In this document: positions 13,405-26,540 of the stretch, piece by piece | Layout of the letters: each line of letters begins with the position of its first letter | How positions within the stretch are numbered: the first letter of the stretch is position 1 | NCBI RefSeq assembly: GCF_037042905.1 | Contig: NC_087251.1 | Span: forward strand, 41,976,001-42,040,000 | DNA length: 64,000 bases | Reading direction: 5' to 3' | DNA from: Lytechinus pictus | Taxonomy: Eukaryota | Notes under the pieces: model-generated | The model's input: only the letters and a program-made list of their open reading frames with translations | Told to the model about the DNA's origin: nothing | The model's database searches: none | Made by a program: the position numbers and the translations under genes

Positions 13405-13800
13405 CTGGGGCGTGTTGGATAAAAGTTACTCTTATTTTTACTTTGCCATCTAATAGTAACTACCATGGTAACTGCTCATCAGCCAATCAAAATCAAGGAT
13501 TCCATTTGAAGATATCATTGGATGGGGGGAGGGGCTCTTAGTATAAATGTATGATACTTATTTGCCGTGGTTGAGACCCCCATTTTCAGTCTAAATTTTA
13601 GATCCAGAGCATCACCGATTCACAAAGCCGTAAAAGTTCTTATTTTTTTCCCATTCCGGAGGCCCTCAAATTTCTGCTGTCTCGTTTCATGGGGTGCCCA
13701 TCATGAACTACTCGGCCGGTTGGAGCGGCGATCGAGGAGCAATAGATTGCCAGGTCGGTCGAAGCTCCCCGTGCCCGCAGCTGCTAGTACTAGCCCGATA
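13405..13800. mobile_element. Composite repeat remnants
   Basis: 13405-13500 (ATAAAAGTTAC..ACTTTGCCAT..CTACCATGGT..GCTCATCAGCCAAT) resembles 14575-14665. It is followed by a G-tract-initiated, GC-richer segment. Confidence 0.4.
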
Positions 13801-14182
13801 TGAATCTATCTAGCAAGACGCGTGCATGTTTTTTCACAGCCACTACAATGCTAATGAGTTCCGAAAACCCCAAGCTGAAGTAAATTTGAAAATAATGGGT
13901 ATTCATTCCATTGGAGTATCTTTTGTTAGTGACATACAAGCTACATAAAAAGAATACTACATTTTGTTGCATTTATTCTTATCAATTCATGAAGGTGTAT
14001 ATCTGATTCAGCATTTACAGTTTTATAGGCTCATATATTGCTATAAGCCATTATCTATTTTCTTACTGCAATATATAAGGAATATTCTCCTTTTCTGCTC
14101 AGTTTGGTAGTATATATCATGTTCATTTGAACAATTTTATTTCATCGAAGTTCAAAGATCTCTTCTTTTCTTTTGTCTTTAG

Positions 14183-14253
14183 GTGCAGGCAAAGGATGAC
14201 AATATTCTACTTGTTGTTCAGGGTATTGGCAATTAGACCCATAGTACAAATCA
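14183..14253 (+). other. Candidate 71-nt non-coding exon (possible distal 5'-UTR exon)
   Basis: Strong acceptor TCTTTTCTTTTGTCTTTAG| and consensus donor TCA|GTAAGT. No transcript evidence. Confidence 0.4.
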
Positions 14254-16008
14254 GTAAGTATTGATTTCAGTAAAGAGTGTCTCTCTCTCTCTCTGTCGAG
14301 GCATTTAGAATCTCTTCAAGGTGATTAAAATGTAAATGAGGGTTGAATCGAACATCTGTGCATTCATTTCTATTTACCATCCTAAATCATTTCAAGATTT
14401 ATCCATCGGGTATTTCATTCAATTTAGCAACTCTTCGGTTGTATTTCAGTTGCATATTTCTGCTCATGTACTGTATATTGCAGTAATTAGTACCAATTGA
14501 TGTTGATGTTTAATCAATCAATCCAAACTGTTAGAGAAGTTAAAAACATTCACAGGTTTTCTTTGTACAAAAGTTCTGAGGCCAGTGTCATAAAGAGTTA
14601 CAGCTACTGTAACTTTGTCATAAGGGCATCTACCATGGTCCTTAACAGGGCTCAGCAGCCAATAATGACAAAGTTTCAAGAGTTGTTAAGTCCTTTTGAA
14701 ATGGGCACGTGTTCTATGCTTGAACAATAAAATTTGGGTACATCTCAGTTACAGTTTGGTGAAAGTCTATTTTCAGTGAAAAAAAATCCAAAATTTAATT
14801 CATCCTGTTGTAAATTTTCGATAGTTATGATCTTAATCCATGATATGGTATGATATGAAATAATTTAGTCATAGTATTAAGCTAAATGATTCAAAATTTC
14901 AACTTGTACTTTCAATTTGAAATCATTTTATCCGGCTGTATGCAGTAAAGCCCAGTATGAATTCCTATACAAAATACTTGAACTACACACAAAGAAATAT
15001 CTTGGCATCATATACCTCCATGTTACCACGTCAGTATAGACAAAAAACAGCTTGCATGCTAGAGGTATTGATTGGAATGGCGCTGTAAGATTGTGTATTA
15101 TTATCCTCTTCAAACAAAAGAAGAGGAATTATCAATATGGCACAAGTGTAAGGTGTGTGTTGGAGTGTCCTTAAGACTGCACGATGTGAAACGGACCATA
15201 TGGCCCTCAAGGATCAATATTTTACTTCTCTCTCTCGCTCTGTAAGGGTTATGGAATCGTAAGGTGGGGGAGGAGACAATACATTAGGCTTGATTGTAAG
15301 GCCTCCAACCCAGGGTTGAATACAGATTGCTGGTAGAGATTTAGGAGTGGTTATTGATAGGAGTAGGCTTATGTAACAATCTGTGCCCAGACTGTTCCTG
15401 CATCTCGGGGCGTGCTGCCAGAGACGGTGAGTACTTGGTGGCCTGCTTGGTGCAGAAGTTGGTTAGTCAGTCAGCTTGAAGCATCGCGACGAGCACATTA
15501 GTTCCTGAGGAAATGAAAGTGTGAATATTTTCTGCATAGATTGCCTTCCATCAAACAGCGTGAATGTCTGAAACCTCATGGCTTCATGCATGCTTTATTA
15601 AGACACCTTGGTTTAGGAAATCATCTGTCGGATATTGTTCTGCTTTCCTTTCTGTTGCCAAACGCGCGAGCTTCCCAAGTGAGAACGTAAGTTGCATGCA
15701 AGTTTTCATAAGTAGCTTGTGATTGGATGGTGCCTGAAGATAATGACACCCATCTGTGTTTTGTCGTGAGAGATTTCTTTCTACCATCAGGCAGGAAGTC
15801 CACCCATTTAAGATTGAAGTTTAGAACAAATCTACGACTTCCTTGAGTCATTTCAGGTGAGTGGAACATGATAAATCTATTACATTTTTTCCCACGGTCG
15901 TCTCTTCAATTAACACCTATTCAAAATGAAATCTCTATTTAATGACCTAAAGATAAATGAGTAACTGGTTTAGTAATGATAATCATATCTCTTTGATGTA
16001 GTAGTCGA

Positions 16009-16113
16009 AATAGTAGTAGTAGTAGTAGTATTAATAATGCAGCAGCAGAAGAAGTAGTAGTAGTAGTGATAGAAGTAGTAGTAGTAGTAGTAGTAGTGGT
16101 GGTAGCAGCAGTA

Positions 16114-16180
<67 letters not shown>

Positions 16181-16201
16181 GTAGTAGTAGTAGTGGTAGT
16201 T

Positions 16202-16234
<33 letters not shown>

Positions 16235-16280
16235 TTAGTAGAAGTAGTAGTAGTAGTAAAAGTAGTAGCAGCAGTAGTAA

Positions 16281-16330
<50 letters not shown>

Positions 16331-16350
16331 TAGAAGAAGTAGTAGTAATA
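16009..16350. repeat. (AGT)n microsatellite, ~340 bp, imperfect
   Basis: Direct inspection. Confidence 0.98.
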
Positions 16351-17416
16351 ATAGAATAGTACTAACTCACTCACATAGTACTAACTCGCTTTGCTCCATC
16401 TCTCTGAACTGACGCCATAATGTGCAAAATAGGTCCAGAATTCTCAAATTCTCTCACTAAAACCGGAAAATTTTTCTAATATTTCTTTATAACATCTTTT
16501 GTTGGTTTATATGTATTTATACATCTTTGTAAATTTTCTCTTCAAATTGGAATTTTGGATCATTGCAAAGGAGGTAGGTTAGTAGTGGAGGTAGCATAAA
16601 ATCTTGCTGATTGTATACACTGATTATGAAGCTGTTGACATATGGAACGTGTGGATGTCTAGAAGATGGTATCTTTAAAATGAGTGTCAAAAAACCAATG
16701 AAAAAAAAAACTGTGTAGCGGATGTTCACATTTCATTCTGTATTCTACATTAGTAGTAATCATCACAGTATGATGATGAGGGTAACTTTACTCCCATCAT
16801 TTGCCCATATATTCATCAGATAAACCTCTTAATCAGTGACATTTAAGTTCTAATTAACATCCGTTATTCAAGTTTCAAGTATGTATATATTGCAGAAATC
16901 AAACTATAATGGTTTGTTTTGTGCTTAATCTGTTTCATCAAGGTGCAGACTTTTGATGAAGAGGCAATATGAATATTTGCTCAGATCCCTTTCTTACTTC
17001 TGGTTGCCCCCTCCCCATTCCCTGTCATTGTCATCGATCACATGAATGCATTTTTTTTTTTTAATAAAGTTTTGTTTTTTTCTCCAGTTTCTTCAAAATC
17101 AGTTTTACCTATTGAATTTGCCTTTTGCATATTGTGTATGTGCAGTTTATTTTATTATTCATTTATTATATATTTACGTACTTACTCTTACTCATTTATT
17201 TACTTATGGGGTGTTGCAAGAAACTTGCGATCAATGTCAAGCCCATTTTTGGTCCCTTAATCAAGTGTATGTCTTGCAATTAATTGCAAATTTGCAATTG
17301 ATTGCTAATTTGCTCCTTGAAACATGGAATGTAATCTGATTTGCTATTTTATTTTATTATTTTATTTATTAACAGAATATTTGCAATTGATTGCAAATAT
17401 TTTCTTGCAACACCCC

Positions 17417-17515
17417 CTTACTTACTTACTTACTTACTTAATTGCTTGCTTGCTTGCTTGCTTACTTACTTACTTAATTACTTACTTACTTACTTACTTG
17501 CTTGCTTACTTATTT
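17417..17515. repeat. (TTAC)n/(TTGC)n microsatellite
   Basis: Direct inspection. Confidence 0.95.
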
Positions 17516-19167
17516 ACCTTTTTATGAGTTCATTCTTAAGAGCTAGACTAAAATCTCTAAATTCTATTAAGGCATTTCAGAAAATATAAGTATTGAATTG
17601 CTTGAATTATGTTTATTAAATTCAATACACAGGTAGAGATCATTGTTATCATTTTGATCCCACTTTCTCTAACAGATATTAAAAGAAAGTTTACATTTAC
17701 TTCGTATCACTGGACATATATATCAGTGGGCCACTGAGTAGCCTTATTTTTGCACCCCAAATGATTATTTCCATATTTATTTTTGATTATATATTTTCCC
17801 TCAAATTTTTACTGATTGAAGAGAATTTCTTGAAACTACTTTCATTTTCATTTTCATTAAAATTGGCCGATGTGCAGTCCTAGATGTTATCATGAATATA
17901 GTGTAAATGAACCAAGGCATCTCTAGCTGTGATATATTACTGCTTTATTTGTCGGAGAAGTCATCATGACGTGTATTGAAGAGAGCAATCTAGAGTGATT
18001 TTTTTTTATTTTGAGGAGTGAGATCATATTCGCTGATATGATCACTGGGTGAAATGGAACAAGGAGGAGGAGGGAAGAAAAAAAACTGATTAAAAGCATG
18101 ATAAATGAGACATCAAGTATTCTCATCTTTTGTATTCTTTCATAGTCGGTCTCAGAATATGACTATTCTTTATGCTCATGATGCTGTGAAGTAAATTCCC
18201 TCTCATTCTTAGTGGTAATCATACTAGTACTGCAATCAACTTTTCGTTTTTTGTCGTGCTCAGACTGTATACTTTAGAAATCACCTTCATGAACTTTACT
18301 CACTATAGTTTTTATTAAGTTGTACCTCTTGTTTATGTTTGTATATATATTTTCTTTTCAAATATGTTTTACTTTGTTTTGTTTTAGTTTAGTTTTTTAA
18401 TTTGTTGTATTATTATCAATGGATTATATTTCATTTATGATTGGACATATATTGTTGTACATTGCACTGGCCCCATGGAAGACCAGCAGCAACAATTATA
18501 CATGTAGTTGCAGCTGAATATTTGCTACTAGCCGTAATTTTATCTTATTTGTATATACTGTACATTCTATTTGTAGTATTGTTTGATATTTTTAATCTTG
18601 CGGAAATAAAAACAACAACTTGTACCCTTTCTTGTTTCTATTTTTCTTATCTTTGGACTTATAATGAAATTGATATTTCAACCTGTATTCCTTTAATTAG
18701 TAGCTGATATTCATTCGAGTTGAGCTCTGTTTGGCCATTGCAGGTTTGCAGCACTTTTGTTCCAATTGGTTCATTGTGAATCTTATGAAATTAATTTTGA
18801 TTGTTTTTTTTTGTGAAGATTTATTATAGTTTTCTATCTTTTTAAATTCCCTGATTTCCCTCTCCCTCTTTATCAATCAGGAAAGGGCTATGTTTGATAT
18901 AATTTCTAAAACTATCCTTAAATGATCTTAGCTGCCTGTCTGTCTTACCTTCAAACAGTTTTATTTATTTTCATTTTTTATTTTTTAGATGAAATATTTA
19001 TATACCTATTAAGGGTTTTATAAGTGTTGGACCTAGAATAGACTTTCATCTAGCAAAAATTACTTATACACAATAGATTTTGTTTTCACCTTCAATTGGA
19101 TAACACATTTGATTTTTAATTTTATTTCTAGATATTGTTTCTTTCTGTTCTAAATTTAATTCAAATA

Positions 19168-19374
19168 GGCGCGATAGCTCAGTCGGTAGAGCAGGGGATT
19201 CGTATTCCGGTGACCCGGGTTCGATTCCCATTTGGTGCGCTAGTGCCCTTTGGTAAGGCATTTATCCTCAGTACCAGGTCCTTCGGAGAGGACCTTAAGC
19301 CGTCGGTCCTCTGGTTGCTTGCTTACAAGCATTCATGCTTTCTTAGCAATCAGGTAAAAAAATCACCACCAATC
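19168..19374 (+). mobile_element. tRNA-derived SINE
   Basis: Head GGCGCGATAGCTCAGTCGGTAGAGC (A box)...GGTTCGATTCCC (B box), then GTGCCCTTTGGTAAGGCATTTATCCTCA, a GGTCCT..AGGACC hairpin and an A-rich tail. Imperfect flanking duplication AATTTAATTCAAAT / AATTTTAATTTCAAAT. Confidence 0.85.
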
Positions 19375-19629
19375 AATTTTAATTTCAAATCAATGACCGT
19401 AGGGGAGGGGTAGGGTGGATATAACACTTCACACTTCAGCAAAAGGGTAAGATATGTATTAATTTCTATGTATTTTCTATATTATTATTGTCTTTCTTGA
19501 TTATACTATTATAAATAATAGCTATTTTTCGTGGACTTGCCATGGAAGTGTTCACCCATATTTTTCAGTCAATTTTTTTCTTGTTTGCTTATTTATAAAA
19601 TGTGAATGGAGCCCAAAGACAAGTCCCTG

Positions 19630-19714
19630 AAAGGTCAAGTCCACTCCAGAAAAATATTGATTTGAATCAGTAAAGAAAAATCGATCATAACGCTAAAAAT
19701 TTCATCAAAATTGG
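19630..19714. mobile_element. Single-end fragment of the 2509-3116 MITE family
   Basis: AAAGGTCAAGTCCACTCCAGAAAAATATTGATTTGAATC...AAAATTTCATCAAAATTGG matches the TIR. Confidence 0.7.
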
Positions 19715-22700
19715 TCCATACTTCCCCCTTCCTTGCACCCCTTTGCTCTCATTGGGGAAGATCTTCAACAGATGTTGGATACTATGAGTCAAGACATCAG
19801 AGCAAGAGACCCGTTTTCATCAGCATCAACGTCCAGCTTGGGCCTATAAGCCAGTTCGTAGTTCCTTTCTGCGCATGATCAAAAGATTCTACCCATGATC
19901 AGAGGAAGGTCATTTGTACGAAAGTGACATGGTGGTTTAAAATCTAATGAGATAAGCACCAACTTTGATGTCTTGATTATTCATATATTCTTTTGAATAG
20001 TGGTTTTCATTTACATCCACAAAAAACAACAAGGCGTCCACAACGACTGGTATTTCACAGTTTGCCAAGTACATTGTGCAACATGCTATGATATGCATTC
20101 AAAGTAGGAATGCAACAAATACCTTCATAAAGTGTTCATTGGTGTGCTATTCTAGTCACCTGGTCTATTCAATTTCTTCGTCCTGGTATGTAAGGCAAGC
20201 TTACGTATTATCTTGCTTTGAAATCTGCCTATCATAATGAAAGAAATGAAAGGTCATTTGACTAAAATTGTCCATGAGTAACTACGAACTGGTCTATTAT
20301 TCTTGTTAAGTTCCATCACAGCAAACTAGACATTGCTTGCAGCAATCAACGTGTCCATGCTTTTCATAAGAATGCAAAAAGCTGGCTAATCCATATTGGA
20401 GTCCAACCCTCATCATAAGAAAAGAAAGATATCTTAAAATATTAAAATAACCAGCATAAGCTGAGACTTAGTGGGATGAGTTGATCCACTAATCATCATC
20501 AAGCTTAATGATAGTTTTTGAGATTCATTAAGCATGATCCTGGACCTTTGCTGAAGTTTTCGAATTGAATTGAGATTAGATATACTTAATATTTGATTAC
20601 AGCCTTAGTTTGTTGGTTGTCTAATGGAAACACACCTTATGTCAGAACAGAAGTTACTCTGGATTGTCTTGACTTTGTAATATGTCAAGCAAGCTTTCAA
20701 GGTAGGCCCATTTCCTGGCTCCAGGTTCGAAGAAGATTCACCGCAAGATTGATTCAAGACAACTGGACAGGGAGCACTTTCCTTACAAGGCTCAGTCATA
20801 TCAGAATTATAGATCGTTTCCTTTCTTGCATTTGTCAGAACACCTTTTTCTTCATGCATTATCACATTCAAAGTGACTGTTGAACTGATTCTTTATGCTG
20901 AGATATAATTAATTTTCATGCTTTCCAAATAAAAAAAAAGGCTCTCTTACAGGCCTGGTTATGGATATTATACCATTCATATTTTTTGTGAATATACGCA
21001 TATGCAATTTTTTTTTAAAGTTCAATTATTTTGTTATTTCTTTAAGGGTAAAAAAAATCAAGAAAACTTTGCTTGTGAATATAACAATATAGACATAATA
21101 TATGTGGTGCAGAACTCACAATAAGCATTTACTTTTTATTTTTTAATGAGTGCAGTTTTTATCAATACAGACAAAGAAAGCAAATTTTCAAATTGTACTG
21201 AGCATTCATATTTTACATACATGTATTTATCTTTCTGTTGATGTATCTTTTTTAGCATTTGACTGGGCCTTTATATTTTGCAAGTAACTCATAGTCCAAA
21301 CTTTTCAAAAATTGGCATATTTATTGATTCCAAATCTTTTGAATAAGATAAGGATAAGATTTCCACTCTTTTGTATTAATGTTTGAATATTGATGTGTAA
21401 AGACACATTGGTAAGCATAAGAGACATTTCTAGAGTTCTGCAAATTGTTACACAATGACTTCTCATAATTAATCAAGAAATACCCCCTCAAAAAAAGAAA
21501 TAAATAAACAAATAAAGAATAACAATAATAGTAGTAATCAGAAATAAAAACAAATAAATGAATAGCTTTAAAAACAAATGAATAAATAGATTAAATTGAT
21601 AAAATGAGCGAGAAAAAAAAAACTTATAATCTAGTCAAATTACAATAAGTTATGAACAAATAAAGTAATGTTTCATCAGGAAAGTACTCCTTTAAAAAGC
21701 TCTTTATCTTTTCCTCTCTCATTTGAGGTCTTGCTTACGATAATGAAATTTATGGCAAGATAGAGCAACAGCACTTTCTGGCAGATTAGTTAATCCATCT
21801 AATTTATAACACTGTTGCTGCTGCTCCTTTCTCATTATGTTAGACTAGCCGCACTCCTGACGACGACGGCAGCGGAGGAAAAATGGCCGTCTATTCTTCT
21901 TGCTTGACTTCCCATGCAGACACCCTATGCATATCGTCAAGTAATTACAGAATCTAGAAATTGATCTCACGATTGTTTGAGTTGCTGCGTCAGCTCCCTT
22001 CTTCTCTCCTTACAAATAATACATGAAGTCAGTAGGTGGGTTATTAGCTTAAGTGAATTGCATTAAAATTGATAGCCGCAGTACAAGAAGGTTCAGGGTG
22101 AAATGCTTTTGCTCCGAGTAAAGTAGAGGGATGTACTTGCAGTTTGGCTTGCCCTCAGAAACTGGGCTTTCTTTTATCACAATCTAGTGAAATATTCTAG
22201 TGATGTTATACTCTATAGATTCGATGTACTTGCATGATACTATACTGTACACTTGTTGACAAGTATAATCATCACCAAAGACTTCATCACACATTTCTTG
22301 GATTCGGTATTAAATTTGGATTTTGCAAAAATTATCGCTCAGGTTGTTTCACATTCACCATTGCTTGCTTTTACCATTCTTTCTACTTCTATGCTTTTAC
22401 TTAGGAAGAAATATATCTTCCTCTTTTCATATAAAAAAATATTTTCATACTGCCTCTATTTGTATTGTTATGATAAGTGACTGATACCTTTTGTTGTGGA
22501 ATAGAATGAAGTGATTATTTTTTTTAGAAACAAACAAAGAGTAGAAAATGGTCACCTTTCAAATTATAATTCTTGTGATTACTCAACGGTATTACCTTTA
22601 GAGGTAAATATAAATTATTATTTTGTCTGATATCATAATAATTACACTCTATAAAACAGATAATTTGTCATTTATACATTTTATTTCCCTATTATTTTAA

Positions 22701-23430
22701 CTTGGTGATAAAAATAGATATGGGTGAACTTCTTTATTACATTTTGCAGTGCATGTCACCTAGGAATGATGAAAAAGCATTATTAGTTGATAAACCCAAC
22801 TGGAATACCAAGTTGAGATGATATGTGGGGAAACCTTTCATTTTTTTTTTTGGTATCGGCTTGTACACAGATCATTATAACACTCACTACATAGTTATGA
22901 ACAACAGAGGGCAGTATATAGAGTTCTATTTCCTTACCCCAGATGTCTCCTACATTCTCATTGTGATTCCTGTCTATTCTCGTGTTATCAGAGCCCCTCA
23001 TCTATGAAATACAATGAAATAAACCATGGGAAACTAGAAATGTGATATATACTAGAATCGATTGATCAAGTGTTCTCAGACCACACAATACATTCATAAG
23101 GAGTATGCTTTTAAAAGGCCATAAACATTTTAAATGAATCATTAAATACTTCATAATTTTCATTTTCCAATTCTCTTTGCTAATTTGTTGTGGTAGGAAG
23201 TTAATTTGTGACTGAGAACATAGGTTTTAATGCTTGACAATGTTCTACCTAGAGCTACATACATTGATGTCTAGTATTTTTAATCAAAATGTGTTAGTTT
23301 ACCTCTTCAGGCACATTACCTCCCCCCACCCCCCCCCCCCCCTCATGATGAATTAGATTCCTATTCCTATTCTTTTGATGAAAAAGAAAAATGAATGGGA
23401 GTTGAAGATGTGCAAAGAAGATAGTAGGAA

Positions 23431-23909
23431 TCAAGGGGCAAACCCTCCCCAACAAAAATTGTATTTGAATAAAGCAGAGAAAATGTCAACCAAAGATACA
23501 GTAATCAAAATCAGATATGAAATATGAAAGTTATGATATTTTATTAAAGGAAATACAGAACATTTATTTTTTATTTTTTTACAAATTTGACAGTACTGGC
23601 ATACTCATTCTAAAACAATAAGTCACAACCATTGCAATCTCACATATTTAATGAAATAAACCCTTTTTCACATTATAATGAGGAAAAATTGAACATATTT
23701 CGAAATACAAACAAAATAGTGCGTGGGAGACATCAGTTCCCATAGTATAGGTAAGGAGGTGCATATAACTGTTTTGTGAAAATAAGCAAAACTTTAACAT
23801 GTAACTTTCTTGTTTCAAATCCGATTTTGATAAAATTTGAGTGTTACGTTTATTTGATATTTTCTTTTCATTCAAATCCAAGCTTTCTTAGGGTGGACTT
23901 ATCTTTTAA
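23431..23909. mobile_element. Older copy of the 2509-3116 MITE family
   Basis: Left end CCCCAACAAAAATTGTATTTGAATAAAGCAGAGAAAA. Right end ATAACTGTTTTGTGAAAATAAGC...TCCGATTTTGAT...GGGTGGACTTATCTTTTAA. Confidence 0.75.
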
Positions 23910-25699
23910 AATTTCAATTTAAAACACAAATTCCTTGGATGGTGTTGATGCAAATTTCATTGAAAAGTTATGATTTTATTATACTCATTTGAAAGAGCCC
24001 AAACTTGCCCTTCCTTCGTTAGGATGGACTTTGCCTTTAAATTCAGCATCAGATTTCTGCATGATTTGTGAAGTAGAAGTTTAGCTCGGATTGTGAAGCA
24101 GAGACTGCTTGTCTCATGGATGTTTGTAAGATTAATGTGACCAAATGCCTGCGTCTTTCTCTGCATTTGTCAAGAATAAAGACAGATTTGATCCATGTGC
24201 GCCCCTTCCTTTATACTCTCTGTCTCTCCTTAGTCCGAAACGGGCCCTACGCCCTGTTGATTCATTGCTTTTTAAGTGCAACTAGATGAATGATATCCCA
24301 AAGAATGGCCGAATGATCGGAGGCGAAGCAGGAGAACAGAAGAGGAGCTGGGAAGACTGAGGGGAAGATGAGAGATTGTATAGGTGGACAACCGGGATGA
24401 TAATGGAAGGGTGACAGAGATTGAACCATGACAGTGATATATTCAGGGAAGGGGGATAGGGACACTGGAGCCAAGCAAACCCTCGGGAAGTGTGCACGTG
24501 TGAATGGCTGTAGCCTGTATCTTTGTTACCCTTGCTTTGTATCATTTTTTTATTGTTTAATCTCTCTCCTCCAGCTGTTATCATCCCATCACATCTATGC
24601 CAGTCTTCCCTCTCCTTCTTTTCTTCTAGCCGAGGACAGTCCTCCTATTCTCCCATCTCTCCCCTTCGTTCTTGTTCAAGATCTCGAGAGTGTGGATGGG
24701 TATATAGATGGCCCTGAATTCTGTGTTATTGAGATATGTAGCTGGTCATCCAGGTGGCGGTTTTCAAGGGATGTTCTAGTTTGTGAAGATATGAAATAGA
24801 TCTTCTCTCTCTCTTTTTTTTTCCTCACCAGCTGCTTAACAGTGTTCAGTCTTCCATACGGTGGCGTTCTTCTCTCGCCTTATTAATATCTTGTTATGCA
24901 CGTACAGTGCATTTGTTTGAATCCCAATGGCGCCGGATTATTTTTCTGCTCTTCAGTGTCTATTCATATTTCTTTTCAAGTGGGTTATAGCATGACAAAA
25001 AAAGACCTGATGGATTATGAGAGGGGTAAAGAAGAAGTGAAGAATTATGACTACAAGAATAACCAGCCAGGCACCCTGACCCGATCAGGTCAAGACTATA
25101 TACTTCTCATTGTTGAAGCTCCTTTTCTTTTATTGTTGCGATGCCATAGAAGTCTTGTCCTGAATAATACTTTGAAGGCTAATAAAAAGGCTATGCTATT
25201 GTGACACCCACCCCAATCTTGTTGATCACCATTCCTTAAAGGCGGTCCATCCCCCTAGTTCCTTTACCAATCCATTCAAACACAATCCCATACCCCAAGA
25301 CATTTCTATGTGGGGGATCGCCCATGCAGAGGTATAGTCGTCAATACTTCTTTGTTAATTCCAAAATTTGTTTTCTTATTATTTTTCATATGTCTTCATG
25401 GCTGGTTTCATTATAAAGCAAATATCATAATCCCTTGCTTTGGAAGTTATATATCCATAACCCTCGGTGGCCTATTCCCCAGGTAACAATCGTTTCTACA
25501 AACAAATGCCAGCTACTGTGAGAAAACTAAAGGCGATATTGAGATATGGGTCTTACAGCTTCTTATTTAAGAAGCAAGTAATCAGATAGGCTGCAGTATC
25601 ATTTCTTAGCTCAAAGTTCAAGACTTCCTTGTTTGCTATAGGGAGGATATATTCGGGAGTGTAAGAAAATTGGTAAGAAGATCATGTGACCATGCGTGC

Positions 25700-26540
25700 A
25701 TCAGCCACTTGTTATAAGATGAGGGTATGTGGACAGCTCCCGCCCCTTTCCCCTCCGACCCGATCAATAGCCACCGCTCCACTAGCTCCGCCCCTTCACA
25801 ATAACAATACCTCAGACAGCATGCATGGTTTCTTCCCATTGTTCTGGGGGTATTGCTTTTCCAGTTACCAGTGTTGCTACTGCGCTCTATATCCAGGCGG
25901 CTCTGCGCAAGTGTTATCATATTTCTCATATGCCATCACCTTATTCCTGTTTTACCCACAAACAAATTTCTAAAGCTGTGCATGGCATTCAGGTGGACTA
26001 GCCCCAATATCATCGCCGAGATCAAGGCTGTTGCATTGTGATTGCTGTGCTGAAGTATATTTTACTTCTATTCGGTGGTTGTTATCACTCAAGTTCCTGT
26101 TTCTATAAATTGGATGACTTATCCTTGTAGACTTCCTGTTGATAGTGATTTAAGCCAACAGGAATAGAGACCATTGCGAAGGAGCCAGCTTCAGCGGCCG
26201 CCCGGTGAGTCTCTTTTATCTTTCTGCTTTACCTAGGTAGCTCTCTCTCTCTCCCCCTTCCTCCTCCCATAGGCTTGGGTGCTACAGGTTGACTGGTGAT
26301 GGTGCAGACAGTGCGTTGATTGGTGGTGAATTGTATTGCTCACTCCAGCCAGCATGCTCTCCTACCCATGCTCTCCCTCTCTCTCAATCACGCAGCAGTC
26401 TGAGGCAGTCAGTCCTTCGAGCTCCCGCTAGCTTCCCGGTTGATCGTGGTCAGTACCATCGTTGTCTCCAATATTCACCTACTTACAGTGTATTCTTACA
26501 ATTCACGCAAAAGGAAACTTTTTTTTAATCAGGGTAAAGG
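25700..26540 (+). promoter_or_regulatory. Candidate Prox1 promoter / non-coding first exon(s)
   Basis: Locally GC-richer, with two GC-box-like motifs (CCGCCCC near 25740 and 25788), ATTGG near 26319 and TCAGT Inr-like motifs. Donors CCG|GTGAGT at 26205 and AGG|GTAAAG at 26534 lie upstream of the 32771 acceptor. Confidence 0.45.

Noticed and set aside
15970..16374. Poly-T/Y/V/S ORFs
   Set aside because: Artefacts of the (AGT)n microsatellite.
19168..19240. Functional tRNA gene
   Set aside because: The stems are imperfect and the sequence continues into a SINE body and tail with no oligo-T terminator.
19780..20883. Possible decayed coding sequence (88-96-aa ORFs)
   Set aside because: I recognise no protein family or splice structure; a tBLASTx search would be needed.
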